DNA of 64,000 nucleotides, from the NCBI GenBank assembly GCA_963775685.1, contig CAVZJV010000014.1:2112001-2176000 (forward strand), written 5' to 3'. Within the stretch, counting starts at the first letter, position 1. Every line of letters starts with the position of its first letter. A program made the translations under genes and the position numbers. Positions 61,654 through 64,000 of this stretch are shown here, one piece after another. This stretch comes from Candidatus Bathyarchaeota archaeon (lineage in GTDB: Archaea > Thermoproteota > Bathyarchaeia > Bathyarchaeales > Bathycorpusculaceae). Under the pieces are notes generated by a model. That model was given only the letters and a program-made list of their open reading frames with translations, was not told the DNA's origin and searched no databases.

Positions 61654-62209
61654 TTGGGCCTATCAACAATCCTCTTAATTGCGGTCGGGTTAGCAATGGA
61701 TGCCTTTGCAGTTTCAATCGCAGAAGGAATTGTTATAAATCGTCAAAGGCGAAAATTCGCGTTGTTGTTAGCTGGTTTTTTTGGAGGCTTCCAAATGTTG
61801 ATGCCTGTAATCGGGTGGTTAGTAGGCTTAAGCTTTCAAGAAATAATTATGGGCGTTGACCATTGGATAGCCTTTGGATTGTTAGCTTTTCTTGGCTCCA
61901 AAATAATTTTTGACGGCACAAGAAAGTCGAGGAGGAAAAAGAAGAGCAACTTGGGCTGCATTTGATTGTTGTTTTGGCGGTCGCAAGTAGCATGGGTGCC
62001 TTGATGGTTGGCTTAAGCTTAGCCTTTTTAAAGACGCCAATTATTCAGCCAATACTAATTATTGGGTTGGTCACTTTTCTGCTTTCAATAGTTGGATTTT
62101 TTACTTTGGCTGTGGGTTAGGACGAATCTTCGGAAACAAAATCAAAATCGTTGGAGGACTGATTCTAATAGCCATAGGACTGAGAATCCTATTAGAGCAT
62201 ATACTCTAA
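61654..62209 (+). pseudogene. mntP: Manganese efflux pump MntP, two frameshifts
   Basis: GLAMDAFAVS, FQMLMP, DHWIAF; shifts near 61923 and in the T-run 62097-62102; second motif reads SSMGAL rather than TSIDAL; ends GGLILIAIGLRILLEH. Confidence 0.88.
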
Positions 62210-62347
62210 AAGAATTGGATTCTGTTTTTAACGTCAAAATTGTGGTTATCACGCTATAACATAAAACCCCTTTTTTTGTCATTATTGATTTAGAAAAAAG
62301 GGGAAATGCGGGTGAAATCTCCATGGATATGGGTTCGAATCCAATCA

Positions 62348-62776
62348 CTATCGGAAAAGCACCGGGGATTTGCCTTCAATCAGGGTACTCGGGTATATTC
62401 CAAACATTAATGTTAACCTTTCAATTTTGTTCATATCTTTAACATGAATTAGGTTAACAAAGTTCCTATTTTGATCTTTCATGACGCTTAATTGCGCATC
62501 TCCTCGCGTTGTCAAGGAATAATCGCTCTTTTTCCTTTTCCAACTCTGGTAACCCATTCTTTTCCTCATCATTTCTTTGATGGTGCGAACGATAGATGAC
62601 GGGTACTTGTTAAGTTGCTCACTCAAGTCACTGGGTGTAAGCCGAGATGGCAAGAAACGGGGCGGATTATTACAATCGTTTTTCTTTTGTTTGGCGCCTG
62701 AAAGCAATGGGTTGGAGCCTTTGGAGGGGATCAATGTTTTGACTAAAAGCCATCTAATGCCATTGTTTGGTTGCAT
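62348..62776 (-). CDS. Hypothetical protein
   Basis: 142-aa ORF divergent from the terminase module; no motif. Confidence 0.35.
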   Translation of the reverse strand: MQPNNGIRWLLVKTLIPSKGSNPLLSGAKQKKNDCNNPPRFLPSRLTPSDLSEQLNKYPSSIVRTIKEMMRKRMGYQSWKRKKSDYSLTTRGDAQLSVMKDQNRNFVNLIHVKDMNKIERLTLMFGIYPSTLIEGKSPVLFR

Positions 62777-62843
62777 AGTTTTTTCTTTATTGGTTGCAAC
62801 TAGACTTAAAGGTTGCTTTTTGTAAGCAATTCACTGATCTACA

Positions 62844-63305
62844 TTGACGGGCAAAGTCTGGGCGGCTCAAGAAGAAGCTGAATTAAGAACACTTGTCGAA
62901 GCGGACTCAAGTTTCGACGAAATTGCCGCTAAACTCCAAAAAACACCCAAAGCAGTAATCACAAAATGTCAACGCTTGGGTTTGCGGCTTCACACCGAAG
63001 GCTATGTGAACACTTCTGTAGCTATCCCAAGGGAGTTGCCTAGTGTTGAAGAAGCCTTAAAGGTGTTGGCGGGTGCCCTCAAAGCCTCGATTAAACCTGG
63101 GCTCAATAGGCTGGAGGTTCAACGTTTGGAAGCCGTAGCAAACATTTCTAAAACCTACAAAGAACTCCTAGTTGACTATGTTCGTTATCGAGATGTTGAG
63201 CGAAAACTCAAGGAAATGGAAGAGCAAAATGCACAGCTTAAACAGGCGCTCAAGGAGATCCAAGAAAGAACCTCGAGCTCTACGCCCCAACCAGTTCATA
63301 GCTAA
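62844..63305 (+). CDS. Myb/HTH protein with coiled coil; possible small terminase subunit
   Basis: WAAQEEAEL..IAAKLQKTPKAV..RLGL; overlaps the large terminase gene. Confidence 0.65.
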   Translation: MTGKVWAAQEEAELRTLVEADSSFDEIAAKLQKTPKAVITKCQRLGLRLHTEGYVNTSVAIPRELPSVEEALKVLAGALKASIKPGLNRLEVQRLEAVANISKTYKELLVDYVRYRDVERKLKEMEEQNAQLKQALKEIQERTSSSTPQPVHS

Positions 63306-64000
63306 ATGGCATGAGGTACAGCAAGAAAACAGTCAACTAAAGCAAACAGTTACGGAGCAGACTGAACAAATAAGCACCAATACAATCGATTTCTTTGAGT
63401 GCATCTTGGGCTTCAAACCCTATGCATACCAAAAAGAGTTCATTGAACTCTTTGAGAACAATCAGTTCACCGCTGCGCGCTGGTGTAGACAGAGTGGCAA
63501 GACAGAAACGATATCTGCCCTGCTGCTAAAATACGCGGTTACACATTCAAACGCTGCAATCTGCATAGTGGGACCTTCTTGGCGTCAAACCAAGCGAATC
63601 ATAACACGCGTAGTAGCCTTCGCACATAAGCTTCCGCCGGGCATTGTTTTTAAGCCACAGAAAACGCAGATTTATTTCGTCAACGGCAGTAGCATTGAGG
63701 CTTTCCCAAACAACCCCGAAACAATCAGAGGCCCAACGTTTGATGTAGTATACGCAGACGAGTTTAATTTCGTGGCTAATGACCAAGACCTCTACGACGC
63801 CATTCTCTACACGCTTGGAACAACTGATGGCAAATTCGTATGCAGCAGCACGCCTTGGAACACCGACAGCGTCTTCTACAAAATATTTACCCACAAAAAC
63901 TTCGCCCACTTCAAAACCACGCATGTCACATACGAAAAAGCCCTAAGCCCAAACGGCCCCCTAAAACTCAATACTATCCAGCAGATAAAGGCACAGATGG
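63229..64000 (+). CDS. Terminase large subunit (ATPase domain), truncated by the window edge
   Basis: Frame of 63301: PYAYQ, RWCRQSGKT (Walker A), IRG, VYADEF (Walker B), SSTP; start uncertain (frame open from 63172). Confidence 0.88.
   Translation, partial: MHSLNRRSRRSKKEPRALRPNQFIAKWHEVQQENSQLKQTVTEQTEQISTNTIDFFECILGFKPYAYQKEFIELFENNQFTAARWCRQSGKTETISALLLKYAVTHSNAAICIVGPSWRQTKRIITRVVAFAHKLPPGIVFKPQKTQIYFVNGSSIEAFPNNPETIRGPTFDVVYADEFNFVANDQDLYDAILYTLGTTDGKFVCSSTPWNTDSVFYKIFTHKNFAHFKTTHVTYEKALSPNGPLKLNTIQQIKAQM

Noticed and set aside
62300-62355. Full tRNA gene
   Set aside because: Only an imperfect T-arm; no acceptor, D or anticodon stems
106-63924. Many antisense or alternative-frame ORFs in the track (e.g. 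354-776, 21697-22278, 27364-27885, 53557-54078, 63547-63924)
   Set aside because: They shadow well-supported genes on the opposite strand and lack motifs

Overview
Archaeal chromosomal segment, inferred to be Bathyarchaeia (Thermoproteota/TACK) from gene content. Core blocks: XPD helicase; proteasome/exosome operon (psmA-SBDS-rrp4-rrp41-rrp42-rpl37ae-pcc1); S13-S4-S11-Rpo3-L18e-L13-S9-Rpo10; a split glutamate synthase operon; tRNA-Glu(CTC) with a non-canonical intron; thermosome; smc-scpA-scpB; rps8e, srp19, gltX; and an Aeropyrum-type modified mevalonate/isoprenoid operon. Accessory elements include an Acinetobacter-type bifunctional MtlD, a pilin/roadblock cluster, a frameshifted multi-PAS kinase, several pseudogenes, and a virus-like terminase module cut by the right edge. 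The most notable feature is at about 40.2-46.3 kb. Four co-oriented ~135-bp repeats with inverted arms (AAGGYCTTCC-N13-YATAGAG) and one left-half copy separate small gene cassettes. They lie next to a zinc-finger tyrosine recombinase with an atypical active site that reads away from the array. The layout is integron-like, but it has neither attC cores nor an IntI-type integrase, so it is a candidate undescribed cassette capture/shuffling system. All family assignments come from motif recognition by eye; no database searches were run.
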